Assembly: GCA_028534125.1 (NCBI GenBank)
Contig: CM052816.1
Location: forward strand, 23,004,001-23,068,000
Reading direction: 5' to 3'
DNA from: Lama glama
Lineage: Eukaryota
DNA: 64,000 nucleotides
This document shows positions 13,056 through 26,127 of the stretch, one piece after another. The position numbers and the translations under genes were made by a program. The notes beneath the pieces are model-generated. The model saw only the letters and a list, made by a program, of their open reading frames with translations, was not told the origin of the DNA and searched no databases. Numbering within the stretch: position 1 is the first letter of the stretch; every line of letters starts with the position of its first letter.

Positions 13056-15441
13056 AAATTTCTTTCAGCAGTTCATGTTTTTGTTCTACATCATAGTAGG
13101 ATCTTCAAAAGATCAGCTGGCCTAGTCCTGCCATCCAACATTAAAGCTATTCACAGCTGTTTTGCAGATAAGGCAAAGGATGCCTAGAATTTTCCTCTTT
13201 TTTTTTTTTTGGTCACTTTATTTCAAGATTAATTCTCTTTACCAAGTAGAAATTCAAATCCATGTGTTTCCATTCAGGATCACAAAGGCACAACTGAAAA
13301 CACAATGCTGCAAGAGATTTCCAAGGCTGAACAACACTATGCCTTCTGACAAAAATACACAGATTCTCACTTTAGCAAATCGAGGACACTTGGGATAATT
13401 ACACACTGAAAGGACTGAATCATGGTCCTGATAAGAGGAAAGCAAAAGCCTACATAATTAAACAGAACAAAGGCAAAGAATTAAAAAAAAAAGTTCAGAA
13501 ACAGAGGACCTGGTGCTTTTGGCAATGGTCCAAATTCATTTCTGGTAAACAGGAATTATAAATACTTCATAAACAGAACATCCCAAATGAGGAAAAACAA
13601 AACAAAACAAAACAAAAAACAGATCTGAAAGAGAAGAAAGCACCCAGGTGTCCGAGAGCTCCTAGCAGGCGATGCTGACATGCTTCACACAGTATATTCA
13701 GTCACTTATTCCATAGGCAAAAGCCAAGCAAGTCCCCCTTTATCCTCAAAAAGGATTTATAAAGTCCTCGTGTTGGGAAGTACCAACTGAGATGGGGCAC
13801 GTCTCATTCATTAAATGCCTCCTTCTCTCCTACTGGTGCTAGGAGCACAAGCACGGCACTCTTACATGCGAACAACTCCGTGTCATCTGTGTGTCTCCTG
13901 AGCAAATCAGTTACATGCATTAAGACCCACGGGCACAGAATATAACTGCGGGGGAGGGAAGGGGGTGGGTACTGCAGTGTGAGATTCTCCAGAGTTTGGA
14001 GAGTGCAGGGATTGGTGCAAGCTCACAGATGAAACGTTTAAATGCTCAGTAGACCTCCTAGAGCTGGCAGAGCGAGAACAGAGTAGCAGTGGTGAGTGGA
14101 GAGAGATCAGACGTGGACCTTGAGGAAGGGAGTCAACACTGCATTTCCCTGAAAGTGATTCCATCCCAGTGGACATGCAGGCAAGGAAAGTGACCGGAAA
14201 GGAAGCACTGACAGGAAGGCACTAGGGGAGCTAAGGGGCAGGGGGGCTTCTGCATGCCAGGGAATCAGGAGACCCAAGTGAAAAACTCTTGGAGAACCCA
14301 TAAAAACACCTCACCAGAAAGCCACCTGCACTTGGCTATCTAGCTCTCTCTGAAGGCACCAATGCCATACCAGCCTCTTCTGCCCCCTTACCTCCCCTTC
14401 TCTCCTCTTCACCCAGCTCTCCAAAGCAGAGGCATCTGGTGAGTGCAAGAGGCAGGGCATGTAGTGAAGAAGCTAAGGCAGGTCTGAGCAGGGGAAGACA
14501 GGAACTTTCAAGCTAGGAATAGATGGAAGTTTTGATATTAGGCTGGAGTGGACATTATATTGCCTGAAAAATAAAACCACTTCTTAGTACCTGGAGTAAA
14601 TGCAAAAGCCATGGGAACTGGGAGGGACTTTAGTCAGGAGCAAGAAGGAAAGATGGTGGCATGAAAGAACAAAGGTGTGCTCAGCTAGTTCAATAACCTA
14701 GTTACAACAGCATTTTCACACCGAAGCGTATATCCTGGATGAACCACCTTATCAGCACACAGTTGTTATCGGGACACATGCTGACAATAATAAGCTTCCA
14801 TTTCCCTATCTTCAGGACTTCACGGAAGCCAATTTACAGAGCTCTGCACTTCCTTTGCCCATCTGCCTACACATACCTACACAGGGAGAAATGTATCCAA
14901 TTATACACATACAAATACGTAACAGGAAGCCGGTTTTCTAAATAGATGAGAAGAGTTCAAACAGGCACAGTCAAGTGAGGCAACGCCTATTCCTCTAAAA
15001 TCAGGTCGGCTCTATTTTTCAAGCAGTACTTGTATCTCCACTATTACACACACATCACATGCTGGAAACTTAAGTCAAGGTTATACAGCTGAATACGTTT
15101 TGTACCATTTTAAAATTGAAATTATTGATAAGCAAAGGTTTAATACTCATTGAAGGCAGCACTATTTCTTCTGGGCACTCAATGTTTAATTAACTATTAA
15201 CAATGAGTTTTTTCTGTTGCTGAATAAAATAACTTCACATCATCTAAGACAGAAAATGCTCTGATTTAAAAATCATCCTAATTATAGACAAATTTCTGAC
15301 ACTGAGCTGACTCATTTTATCTTGTCTATGATGTTTTCAACGCTGCTTTCCATATCAACATATAACTTATCACTATTTGATTTACAACATGTATTAATTA
15401 CACTCTCCTTCTTAAAAGTCTGATATAAAAATTTCCCTGTT

Positions 15442-15769
15442 CTGGACATAGAAAACAAATTATGGTTACCAAAGGGGAAAGGGTGGGGGAGGGATAAATT
15501 AGGAGTTTGGGATTAACAGATACACATTATTATATACAAAATATATAAACAACAAGGACCTACTGTATAGCATAGGGAACTATATTCGATTTCTTCTAAT
15601 AGTATATAACGGAAAAGAATCTGAAAAGACAAAATATATATGTGTGTGTATACGTATATTTATACATTTGTCCAAACACACACATACATATCTGAATTGC
15701 TTTGCTGTACATTTGAAACTAACATCATAAATCAGCTACACTTAAATAAAAAAAATTTTTTTAATTAGA
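15442..15769 (+). mobile_element. L1 3' UTR fragment (cetartiodactyl-type)
   Basis: TATGGTTACCAAAGGGGAAAGG...AACAACAAGGACCTACTGTATAGCATAGGGAACTATATT; TSD-like AAAAATTTCCC(AC)TGTT on both sides. Confidence 0.88.
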
Positions 15770-17001
15770 AAAAATTTCCCACTGTTGAAGAGATTAAGTT
15801 TTCAGCAGTTTCAGATATCTTCAAGATAATCATAAACCCAGAAGTAAGTGGAGAAAGAGCCCCTTGAAGGCTATCACATAGAGCTAACATAAATCACGTT
15901 AAGGAGACTAAAAAAAAAAAAATCCTCAGACTGTAGTAAACTTCAGTTGAGACTAAATTACAAGAATTAGTTTAACATGACTGATTTTTTTTTGGTTAGA
16001 TTAAAAAGAAAAGAGGTAAATACGAGGGGTGGGCAGTAGGGCTGTCTGATTGAAAAAAATGTACATTTCATATTTAGAGAGAGGAAAACAGTGGAATAGA
16101 ATCTCCAACTTAAAAAGAGAAAAGAAAACAAAAACCAGCATAAATCTATTTATAAAAATGCTCCCAAAATGAACACTCCTTAAAGGCCCCCGAGGTATTT
16201 CAATACAGATAAAGATAAACAAACAAAAAAACCCAATAAATATTTTATGATAATGATTTTGAACCATCATAAAAATTAGAAATATATTTTAAGAATTCAT
16301 ACAAATCTAATTGTATTTTAAAAAGATACATTGGAGAAAACCTGCTAAAATGGAGAAGCACATAAGGAAATTACACTTCATTATCTAAAACGTTCATTTA
16401 TATTTATCATCTAATTTCTTAATAATGCCAAATGAATCAGATGTTACCACATGTGATGATTCAAATTGGTTTTTAATATTTTCTTGTTATATTTATGGCT
16501 AAGTAGTAATACCTGCTTATAACACATAATTGTTAGCCTCAGGGCAGTAGAAATGAGTTTTGAGAAAAGAGAAAGATAGAGTGTATTTTCCTATGCATAC
16601 ACTTCCAAAAAATACTAACGTGGCAGAGACACATTTTAAAAACAATAGAACAGGATCTAGTGAAAAAAGATGCCTTGCCAACCCAGTGCTTCCCCTCTTC
16701 TCGTGTAAGTACCTATGTAGGAATATGAAGAATTGAGAAATGAATGAGCTTTTCTGGTGATCAAATGTGCAATCCCCAAATATAAAACAAAATAATCGAA
16801 ATGAGATCAAACAGTGCTTCTGACCACGGTAATCACTTATTATAAAGGAAAGAGAGAGACACATCTACAGGTCTAGGGCAAGCTCTGTTTCTACACTGTA
16901 TACAATGGGAATTTGCAACATTGAAAATAACTGAAGCTCCTACAGTTGTCATTTCTGTTTTCTTCTATGACTAACAATTGCTATTTAAAGAAAAGGTTCT
17001 C

Positions 17002-17355
17002 AAAGATTAGTGGTTGCTAGGGTTTGGTGGAGGGAAATGAATAGGTAGAACACAGAGACTTTTCAGGGCAGTGAAGACATTCTGAGGTACTATAATGATA
17101 TATATTATACATCTGTCCAAACCCACAGCATATACAACACCAAGAGTGAACCGGAAAGTAAACTATGGACTTTGACTGATTATGATGTGTCAATGTAGGT
17201 TTGTCAACGTACCAACGTGCCACTCTGGTGGGGGATGTTGGTAATGGGGGAGTCCGTGCTTTGTGTGGGGCAGAAGGTAAATAAGAAGTCTCTGTGGCTT
17301 CCTCTCCATTTTGCAGTGACCCCAGAACTTCTCTAAAACATAAAGTCTTAAAAAA
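17002..17355 (+). mobile_element. L1MC1-like 3' end
   Basis: AGTGGTTGCTAGGG...CAACACCAAGAGTGAAC...CACTCTGGTGGGGGATGTTG...TAAAGTCTTAAAAAA. Confidence 0.85.
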
Positions 17356-18883
17356 CTGCTCTCTAGGCCCCCAGGAGGATTCCTTTCACCCAAGAATGTG
17401 CCAGTAATTAAATACACTCCATTTCTCTAACTGGGAAACTAGACTTTATCAAGATTGTTGAAGACTTTTTATAAGCACAGCCAAAAACATGTCAGCATGC
17501 CTTCTCATCCCTGCTCCACCCCTAATCAACCACCCATGATATTTGGGGATAAGACACAATATGCTAAACAGAGAAATAGTCACTTAAAAAAATCAGACAG
17601 GGAATTTGGTCAGATTCTTTAATTTGGGATCAGCATCAGTGAGATTTATTCAGATAACCTCTCATAACAGTAGAAAAGATTCCTTTCACAGCATTTAATA
17701 CCAAAGATAAAGCATTATGAAAAAATGTCTTATTAGATCAGATGACGTGAAATAAATTTTATTGTGATTTGGATTTCTTATCTTTGAATAAAATATACTA
17801 GTAACTGGTTCTCAGATCTGTCATATCCAGAACCCGGTGTATTAACATTTCTACAGAGAATTCATGTTTTTAAAAATGTAATGAATCATTTTGCAACTAT
17901 CAATAACTTGTTATTTTTTAAATCAAAATTCTCTTTCATATAGCACATAAGCCAAAATTCAGCAGTCTACTCTAAACGCCATTTCTGCTGGCTTTTGAAA
18001 TGGGACCATCATCATCAAAATTCCATGAACCTCCAATGGCGATGACTAATGCTAACAAATTACGTGTGCATTATCTTGGGCTTGGGTGAGAAATACAATT
18101 TTCTGTTGTGTTCCTGTAACATGTAACCAGTCTGTGAGTATTCCTAAAAGAAAGATTATGTTCCATGTAGAACGTCTTTAGGACTTACTCTTGATGAAAG
18201 ATGTATAAGTAGCGAGAATTTCTAGTTTAAGCAATAACCTGGAATTGTTTCCCCTAATTCCCCTGGTACATCTTTGAGGCAAATATTTAAAAAGGGAGGA
18301 AAAGGATACGGGTTGGGTGCAAAGTGTTGTTATGAGTAATTACTAATCCTCACACTCTGCCTGAGGGATACATAAACTTCAGTTCATAAAAAGGGGCTTA
18401 GAGACTCAAAAAGACTGACCAAGATGACACAGTAAGTGAAGTACCTCAGACCCACTCAGCTTTTTTCTGCTTGAGTGCTGCCCATCATTTTTAGGCGTTA
18501 ATATTATGAATTAATACAGATGGTCTTTATTTTTAAAAGGGAAGCCAATCTGTTCTGCTCAGCACACCCTGACTTTTGGTCTTGATTATTTTCCAAGGAT
18601 TACGTTAAATAATTGCTAAAATTTTGTTTACATTCCCAGATATTACCCAACATCCTAGGAACAGGGCCAATACATTATAAACAAAATAATAAGCTCATTA
18701 CAAAAAAAGTACCCTGCTTGCAGAAATAAACTGTGAAAAAGAACAGATTCTAGTGGGCTTCAACTGGCAACTCAAAGAAAGCAGCCCAGTTATAAAATAA
18801 TCCTATAACCAATACAGAGTGCCTGCTATGTTCAGGCACTGCTAATAATGGGCAGGATAGATACTACAAAGATTATAGACTTT

Positions 18884-19960
18884 CCACAAAAGACCCCAAA
18901 TTGCCAAAGCAACCTTGAGAAAAAAGAACAAAGCTGGAGGTATCATGCTCCTTGACTTCAGACTATACTACAAAGCTACAGTAATTAAAACACTGTGGTA
19001 CTGGCACAAAACCAGACATGTAGATCAATAAAATGATACAGAGACCAGAAATAAACCCACGCACCTATGGTGAAATAATCTACAACAAAGGAGGCAAGAA
19101 TATACAATGGAGAAAAGACAGTCTCTTCAATAAGTATTACTGGGGAAATTGGACAGTTATATGTAAAACAATGATATTAGAATACTTCCCCACACCATAT
19201 ACAAACCAAACTTAAAACAGATTAAAGACCTAAATCAAAGACTGGAAATGATAAAACTCCTAGAAGAAAATGTAGGCAGAACACTCTGACATAAATCATA
19301 GCAATATTTTTTGGGATCTGTTTCCTAAGGCAAAACAAATAAATCAAAAACAAATAAATGGGATCTAATCTAAACTTAAAAACTTTAGCACAGCAAAGGA
19401 AACCACTGACAAAATGAAATGGGAGAAAATATTTGCAAATTATATGACCAATAAGGGGTTAATATAAAAAATAAACAGCTCATACAACTCAAATTGAAAA
19501 ATAGGCAGAAGACCTGACTAGACATTTTTCCAAAGAAGATATACAGGTGGCAAATAGGCACATGAAGAGATGCTCAACATTGCTAACTATTAGAGAAACG
19601 CAAATGAAAACCATGAGACCATCTTTTGACTGTCAAAATGGCTATCATCTAAAAGTCTACAAATAACAAATATTGGCATGGATGTAGAGAAAAGGGAACC
19701 CTTGAACCCTGTTGGTTGGAATGTAAATTGGTGTAGCCACTATGGAAAACAGTATGGAGGTACCTCAAAAGCTAAAGCTAAAAATAGAACTACCATATGA
19801 TCCAGCAATTCCACTCTTGAGTATATATCTGGAAAAAAAGGAAAACACTAATTCAAAAAGATACATGAACCACAATGTTCACAGCAGGATAATTTACAAC
19901 TACCAAGATACAGAGGCAACCCAAATGCCCATCTACAGATAAGTGGATAAAGAATATATG

Positions 19961-19993
<33 letters not shown>

Positions 19994-20469
19994 GGAGTAC
20001 TACCCAGCCATAAGAAAGAACGGAATTTTGCCATTTGCGAGAACATGGATGGACCTAGAGAGTATCGCGCTTAGTGAAATAAGTCAGAGGACAAACACTG
20101 TATGTTACCACTTATGAGGAATGTAAAGTCAAACAAATTGAATGTAATAACAAAACTAACTCACAGATACAGAAAACAAACTAGTGAATACCAGTGGGGA
20201 GAGGGAGGAGGCAAGACAGGGGTATGTGATCAACAGATACAAATTCCTACATATAAAATGTATAAAATAGATAAGCAACAAGGATAGGGTTAATATAGCA
20301 ATTATTTTGTAATAACTTTAAAGGAAGTATAATCTCTAAAAATACTGAATCACTGTGCTATACACCTGAAACTAATGTAATACTGTAAATCAACTACTCT
20401 TCAATAAAAATTGTTTAAATAAGAGAAACTATTAAAAACCTGGTAATAAATCTGTGAAGGTCTATCTAA
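18884..20469 (+). mobile_element. 5'-truncated L1: degraded ORF2 3' part, 3' UTR and a possible 3'-transduced tail
   Basis: ORF2 remnants PEINPRTYGEIIYNKGGKNIQWRKDSLFNKYYWGNW and IELPYDPAIPLLSIY, with stops and frameshifts; TSD-like 16-mers at 18868-18883 and 20470-20485; (AC)14 at 19963-19990. Confidence 0.93.
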
Positions 20470-20590
20470 AAAAATTACAGCCTTTATCACAGAGAGGTGG
20501 GTACACAGTGCAGTGGAAGTGTACACTGGAGGTGTGTCCTAGTTAGACGGTACAGAAAGGCTTCCTTGGTGAAGTGGTTTATGTTACATT

Positions 20591-20630
20591 ATTATATTAT
20601 ATTATATTATATTATATTATATTATATTAT
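20591..20630. repeat. (ATTAT)8 microsatellite
   Basis: Read directly. Confidence 0.95.
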
Positions 20631-21018
20631 ATATAACTATATTTGGAGATACAAAGAAAAGATAAATTAAAAATTTTTAACGATTTAAAGCTTGGAGTTC
20701 ATTTACCTCAAACTTCCCATTTTGAATAAACTGAGGGCCGGTCGACTCATCCTGGCCACACAACCATTAAATATATTGAATTTTTTGTGGCACGCAGCAC
20801 CAGCCTCATGATACATTGATAGATAGGTATAAATAGAGAGATTTCTATATGTAAATGTTACGTATATACTTAAGTATATGTGTATGTATTTAAATGGGCA
20901 GGTATACTTCTCTGGGGCCAAAAGTATTTCCCTGATTATGGCCAACTATATGCTTGCCAGAAAACAACAGAAAAACTGAATGGCTTCATAGTATCACTTG
21001 GACCATTAGAAGGAAGCT

Positions 21019-21040
21019 AGAGAGAGAGAGAGAGAGAGAG
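21019..21040. repeat. (AG)11 microsatellite
   Basis: Read directly. Confidence 0.95.
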
Positions 21041-21139
21041 AAATGTTAGCCTTCTAACCCTCAGACTGATGCTGTACCCACAAACTTCTTTGTTTCTGAT
21101 ATAAAAAGCACATAAGCATCATCAACAATGACCGTTCAT

Positions 21140-21345
21140 TTAAAACTTGTACCAAGTATTTCGCATGAATGTGTGGTTCCTTCACAACGCTCTATGCAAC
21201 AAGTATGATTATTTTTCTACTTTTATAGAAAAAAGAAAAAAGACATAAAAAGGCTGAGCTGTCTGCCTGACGTCAGGCAGACAGTTAAATGTGAGATCTA
21301 GTACCTGAACCCCAGTCCGTAAGATTTCCGTCTGTGGTCTTAACT
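21140..21345 (-). mobile_element. MIR fragment containing a 26-bp perfect palindrome
   Basis: CTTCACAACGCTCTATG...ATTATTTTTCTACTTTTATAGA...TGAACCCCAGTC...TCTTAAC follows the antisense MIR layout. Confidence 0.6.
21268..21275. promoter_or_regulatory. Full CRE motif TGACGTCA (CREB/ATF)
   Basis: Exact consensus at the centre of the palindrome; function untested. Confidence 0.35.
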
Positions 21346-22759
21346 GTGATCCTCTTCTCTCTCTCTCGAAACTATTTTCTATAGAACCCAGAGGACTTCA
21401 TTCTACACATGACAACAATTACTGAATCATAAATGCAAGAAGCAAAAATATGCGCTTCTAAACCTAACAGGACAACATTGTGTTTTCCACACACGTACAG
21501 CCTGAAATTTATCCCAATGTCAAAAAAATTCCACAGCCAAGAAAAAGTCTCCCTTGTGAGATTTGGCTTCACGTCTTTTAAAAAAGAAACTTCCGTTTAT
21601 TTAAATACGTTTATAGTTGCATCAAATGTATCTGAAAGGAAAGACTTTTCTTAGAAGAGATGACAGCAGTCAAGTCAGACTTAAATGTCTACGGAAAGTA
21701 GCTCTGGCCTCATCTTTACCCTTTGTCCTCTTTACCATCTTTATCCAGGCTGGGAGAATGGAAGGATGAATGTCATCGTGGGTCTCAAAGGCAGACAAGA
21801 AAGAAAAGCAGAGAAGAATGGTGTTTTGCTTCAAATACAGCAGCTCTTGACATGCAGGCAGTGCTTTTCATTTGATGTTTGCTAGAATCTTTCACAAACG
21901 TAATCTCATCAACCCGCAGACTAACCTTTGGAGAAAGAGGATCTCGGTACTTAATGTCTTGCTTTGATGATTACAGCACATTGCACAAGTGAGCCCAGAG
22001 GAGCGGGTGATCAGAGAGTGGCCGGGCATGAGAGACAGGGCTGGGGTCGGGTACCAGTGCATCCGTCTTATCCTCCACTGTTCTGCACAGCCTCCCCAGG
22101 GCCCACTCAACAGGCACGGCTCTTTTCCAGACAGCTGCCTCTCTTCCCCACTTCTCCACAGGATCCCAGCTGGGCCTCAGCAAAGGTTCAAACACTGGGC
22201 AACACAACCAGGCCTGCTTTGCTGAAGTCAAGAGGAATTTACTTTGGGGGTTTGCATTATGTGTTTTGAAGGACCAGCTATACGACCTAAATCCAAAATG
22301 GTCCTTAACATTATTTCTGTACGAGTGAGCAGGAGAGCATCTGTCTTACCAATGACTGGTTCGAGCAGTAAGTGCCAATAATATCTATGGTTTTTGAACA
22401 TCTGATAAAAGCTAAGGTGTCAGCTCCCACTGGTGACAAAACTGATGTGTGAACCAAGTTTTAAAAACCTTTAAAAATGATCACAGAATTTAATCCGTTT
22501 GTAATCCCAGAGTGAGCACATCACTGAGGTGGGCATGCCGTGCACGGCCTGGAACATGTGCCTCTTTATGTGGCAGCTCCACAGGCAGGTGCCCAAAGGG
22601 TAGGAGCATCATGGCACGACGGGCACGTGAAATGTATAGAAATGATAGCTGGTGTTTCTGAAGCCCCAGCTGGTTAGCTGCCAAGGAGGCATTTATGACT
22701 CAGGCAACACAGATGAAGCAGGTAAAGCTGTACAGATGGCCCCCAATGCGGTGTATTTG

Positions 22760-22975
22760 GGATCCAGAATCAGCCTGATTTAAAATCCTTCTGTAACCAC
22801 TTATAAGCCCTTTACCTTTGGATGAATTATTTAAGCGCTTTAAATCTCAGTATCCTTATCTATAAAATGGAAATCATACTTGAGAGTGTTGTAGCACAGA
22901 TAAATGGAGAAAACGTGCTCAAATTACTCAGCGAGGTGACTGGCAAATTCAGTGGCCAATAGATGTTAGCTGCTG
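22760..22975 (+). mobile_element. MIR SINE
   Basis: TCTCAGTATCCTTATCTATAAAATGG...AATAGATGTTAGCTG. Confidence 0.75.
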
Positions 22976-23591
22976 TGACTGCAGATTTATTTTAATTTTT
23001 TTTTATAAATAGTCTTACTAGGAGGTTTCTATTTGGTATATACAATAAAAACATATAAAATTTTTCTTCAATGTAAATTCTAGCTAAAAAAGGAGATAGG
23101 TATGTACATATATACATACATGCATATGTCATATAAATGTCAAAACTATGGGTTAATTTAAAAGTTAGACACAATAATTAGGCATCACGTATTTAAGGGT
23201 TACAGGATCTGTTACTGGGCAACACGGGCATGTCTGAATTACCTCTGCTGATATTCAGATTTCTCTGATAATCTCAAATTTCCATTTACCAGTATAGAAC
23301 ACCTTCTTGCTTGCAAAGCATAACATGCAGTAAGAATTTTTCAACTCCTCCTCCTGCCTACCCATCTGAACTTAACATACCATCTTGAACAGTGGAGAAT
23401 ATTAATTCCACTTCACAAATCCTTTGCATACGGCAGATACAGACGTTGCTGGACCAGCATCTCCACAAGGAGAATGTCCCATGATGATTCCACTAACATC
23501 CTTTGAAATACTATCTTGGTTTTTGCCACCCTCTAGCCATGTTATGGTACCTAGCTACTTCAAATTAGAAAGTGGGGTGGGGGTGGGGGTT

Positions 23592-24091
23592 NNNNNNNNN
23601 NNNNNNNNNNNNNNNNNNNNNNNNNNNNNNNNNNNNNNNNNNNNNNNNNNNNNNNNNNNNNNNNNNNNNNNNNNNNNNNNNNNNNNNNNNNNNNNNNNNN
23701 NNNNNNNNNNNNNNNNNNNNNNNNNNNNNNNNNNNNNNNNNNNNNNNNNNNNNNNNNNNNNNNNNNNNNNNNNNNNNNNNNNNNNNNNNNNNNNNNNNNN
23801 NNNNNNNNNNNNNNNNNNNNNNNNNNNNNNNNNNNNNNNNNNNNNNNNNNNNNNNNNNNNNNNNNNNNNNNNNNNNNNNNNNNNNNNNNNNNNNNNNNNN
23901 NNNNNNNNNNNNNNNNNNNNNNNNNNNNNNNNNNNNNNNNNNNNNNNNNNNNNNNNNNNNNNNNNNNNNNNNNNNNNNNNNNNNNNNNNNNNNNNNNNNN
24001 NNNNNNNNNNNNNNNNNNNNNNNNNNNNNNNNNNNNNNNNNNNNNNNNNNNNNNNNNNNNNNNNNNNNNNNNNNNNNNNNNNNNNNNNNNN
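23592..24091. other. Assembly gap (500 N)
   Basis: Run of N. Confidence 0.99.
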
Positions 24092-24094
24092 ATA

Positions 24095-24690
24095 ATTCCT
24101 TGTTATATGAACATCCACAGAAACCCTCCCAATACTCTGGCCTCTCAAATCCTTCACCTCTTCACCCTAATAATATAATGCTCTCATCACCACTTTACCT
24201 CAGCCCTTCACTTCCAGGCCATACGCTCTACCTTATTACAAATAAACACAACCCATCCGTAATTTCAAGTTCCATTATCTCATCTTATGACCATCATGTT
24301 CTACCATTTCAACTCACACTTTCAGTACCACCACAATTATTCAGCGCCTCTAGGACCAACAACTGATTGATCTCATTATTATTTTACTTCTGTCTTCACT
24401 TCCTTTCTTACTTAGCTTAACATCCATGGTCCACTATTACAATAAAATACACCCTCAACTAATGCCCCTCTCTTGATTCACTTACTCCTTTTTTGAAAGC
24501 ATGTCTGTGAATACATCCGGTCTGTACCGACTCTATTTGCACGGATGAACAAGATAAAAGAAAAAAATCACTTTCCCCATCATCCCTCAGGGGCAACCCT
24601 ATCTTTCCAGCTGGTCAGGTCAAAATACTTGGAGTCATCCCTGAGTCCTGTCTTTCACACACCACATCCAATCCATTGATAAATCCTTCA
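24095..24690 (+). mobile_element. L2 LINE remnant
   Basis: C/T-rich L2-like sequence: AACATCCAC...AATACTCTGGCCTCTCAA and CAGGTCAAAATACTTGGAGTCATCCCTGA. Confidence 0.75.
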
Positions 24691-25004
24691 AAACAGAGTC
24701 AGCAAAATGACAGTTTGAAATAATGCAATTGATCATACTTAGACTGCCACAGTGTTCTGCACGTAAGATAAGGGTCAAGAAGGAACACGAACAACTCCAA
24801 ATTTCCACCTAAGGATAACAATGATCTCATCCAGTTACTCAAAGACATTGTTTTCCTTCCGATCTCCCTCCTAGTTATATATACGAACAGCTTTAACTCT
24901 TCGGAATGAACACTTCCACCAGTAAACAAGTAAGCTTTACATAAATGTTCTACTCCACAGCTAATTGAGAAGTTGGGAGAGGGAACAAAATTTCATTTTC
25001 TCAG

Positions 25005-25265
25005 AGTCATTCAGTTAGAAAATATCTGAGTGCCCACCATGTGCAAACCAGTCTACTAAGTTAGTAAAGGCCATGTTGATTTTACAGCTGGCCTCTGTCC
25101 TCAGAACATACTACAAAACATAACTATAGAGACATATCTAATAAAAACGTAGAAAGTGGCAAATTCATAAAGTTATGGGACAGTCAGTTACTGTGAGGCT
25201 GAAGAGGAAGAGAATTACGTGGCCAGTGGAATTAGAGGAGGCCTCAAGGAGGGGGCATATTTCAC
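25005..25265 (-). mobile_element. L2 3' end fragment
   Basis: CATTCAG...AATATCTGAGTGCCCACCATGTGC. Confidence 0.6.
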
Positions 25266-25939
25266 TGTTACCGGAAAGTCCTACCTGTGACTTTTGGCAA
25301 CTGACAGTGGGACAACTTAGTAAAGGACTATTTCCCATCCAAAGTCACTACAACTTGTGTTGCAGAAAATATAGTTGAGAACAATAAATATGAAATGCAA
25401 GCAGGATGAGAAACAAGCGTTAACTCATCAAATTCTAAGGCACGATTACATGAAACACGTTTCCCATATCAGCAGATCACTGAAAAGGAATCTAGCACCC
25501 TGGCCTTCTGGCAGCACGCCAGCGCAGGGTAACTCGGCGCCCTCCCTGAAGCAGCCACCACGGGCCTGCGACGACCCCAGACGCTGGTGACGCTGAGAAG
25601 CCTGAGATCCGTGAGGCGCCCCTGGGCTCACTGTCCAGCCTGCACTGCAGGCTTCTCCTGGCCTGAAGGTAAGTTGAACACCCAGAGCAGATGACTTCTC
25701 ACTGTCTCCAGGGAAAAGTTAGGTTACATCATGAAAATCACCTGAAAAATGCCAACGTGTTTCGGCAAATTAAATATAAATGATAAATGATAGGCTCAAT
25801 AAAGCTTCACCTCCCCGAGGATTGAGTGAAATCCTTGGAGTGGGGAGGAAAGCTATGTCCTGGTTTTTGCTCACATTCCTTTTGGGGTAGTCAGGCCTCA
25901 CTGTACCAAACACCCAATTCCACTTTGTTTTTAGAGTGG

Positions 25940-26127
25940 AACGGTATAAAAATAACACTGGACTGATATAGTAAGGGGTCCTAAGTTCAAATTCCATCTC
26001 TGTTCCTAATTAGTTGTACATATTTGAACAAGTCACTTAACTTCTATGCTCCTTCGTTCTCTTATTTTCCCAAAGGAGAAAGGTTGACCAAGTGGCTTCT
26101 CAGGCCCCCTCATGCTCTGTCATTTTG
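25940..26127 (+). mobile_element. MIR/MIR3 SINE
   Basis: CCTAAGTTCAAATTCCATCTCTG...GAACAAGTCACTTAACTTCT. Confidence 0.7.

Noticed and set aside
19033..19942. Functional L1 ORF2
   Set aside because: 5'-truncated with multiple stops and frameshifts
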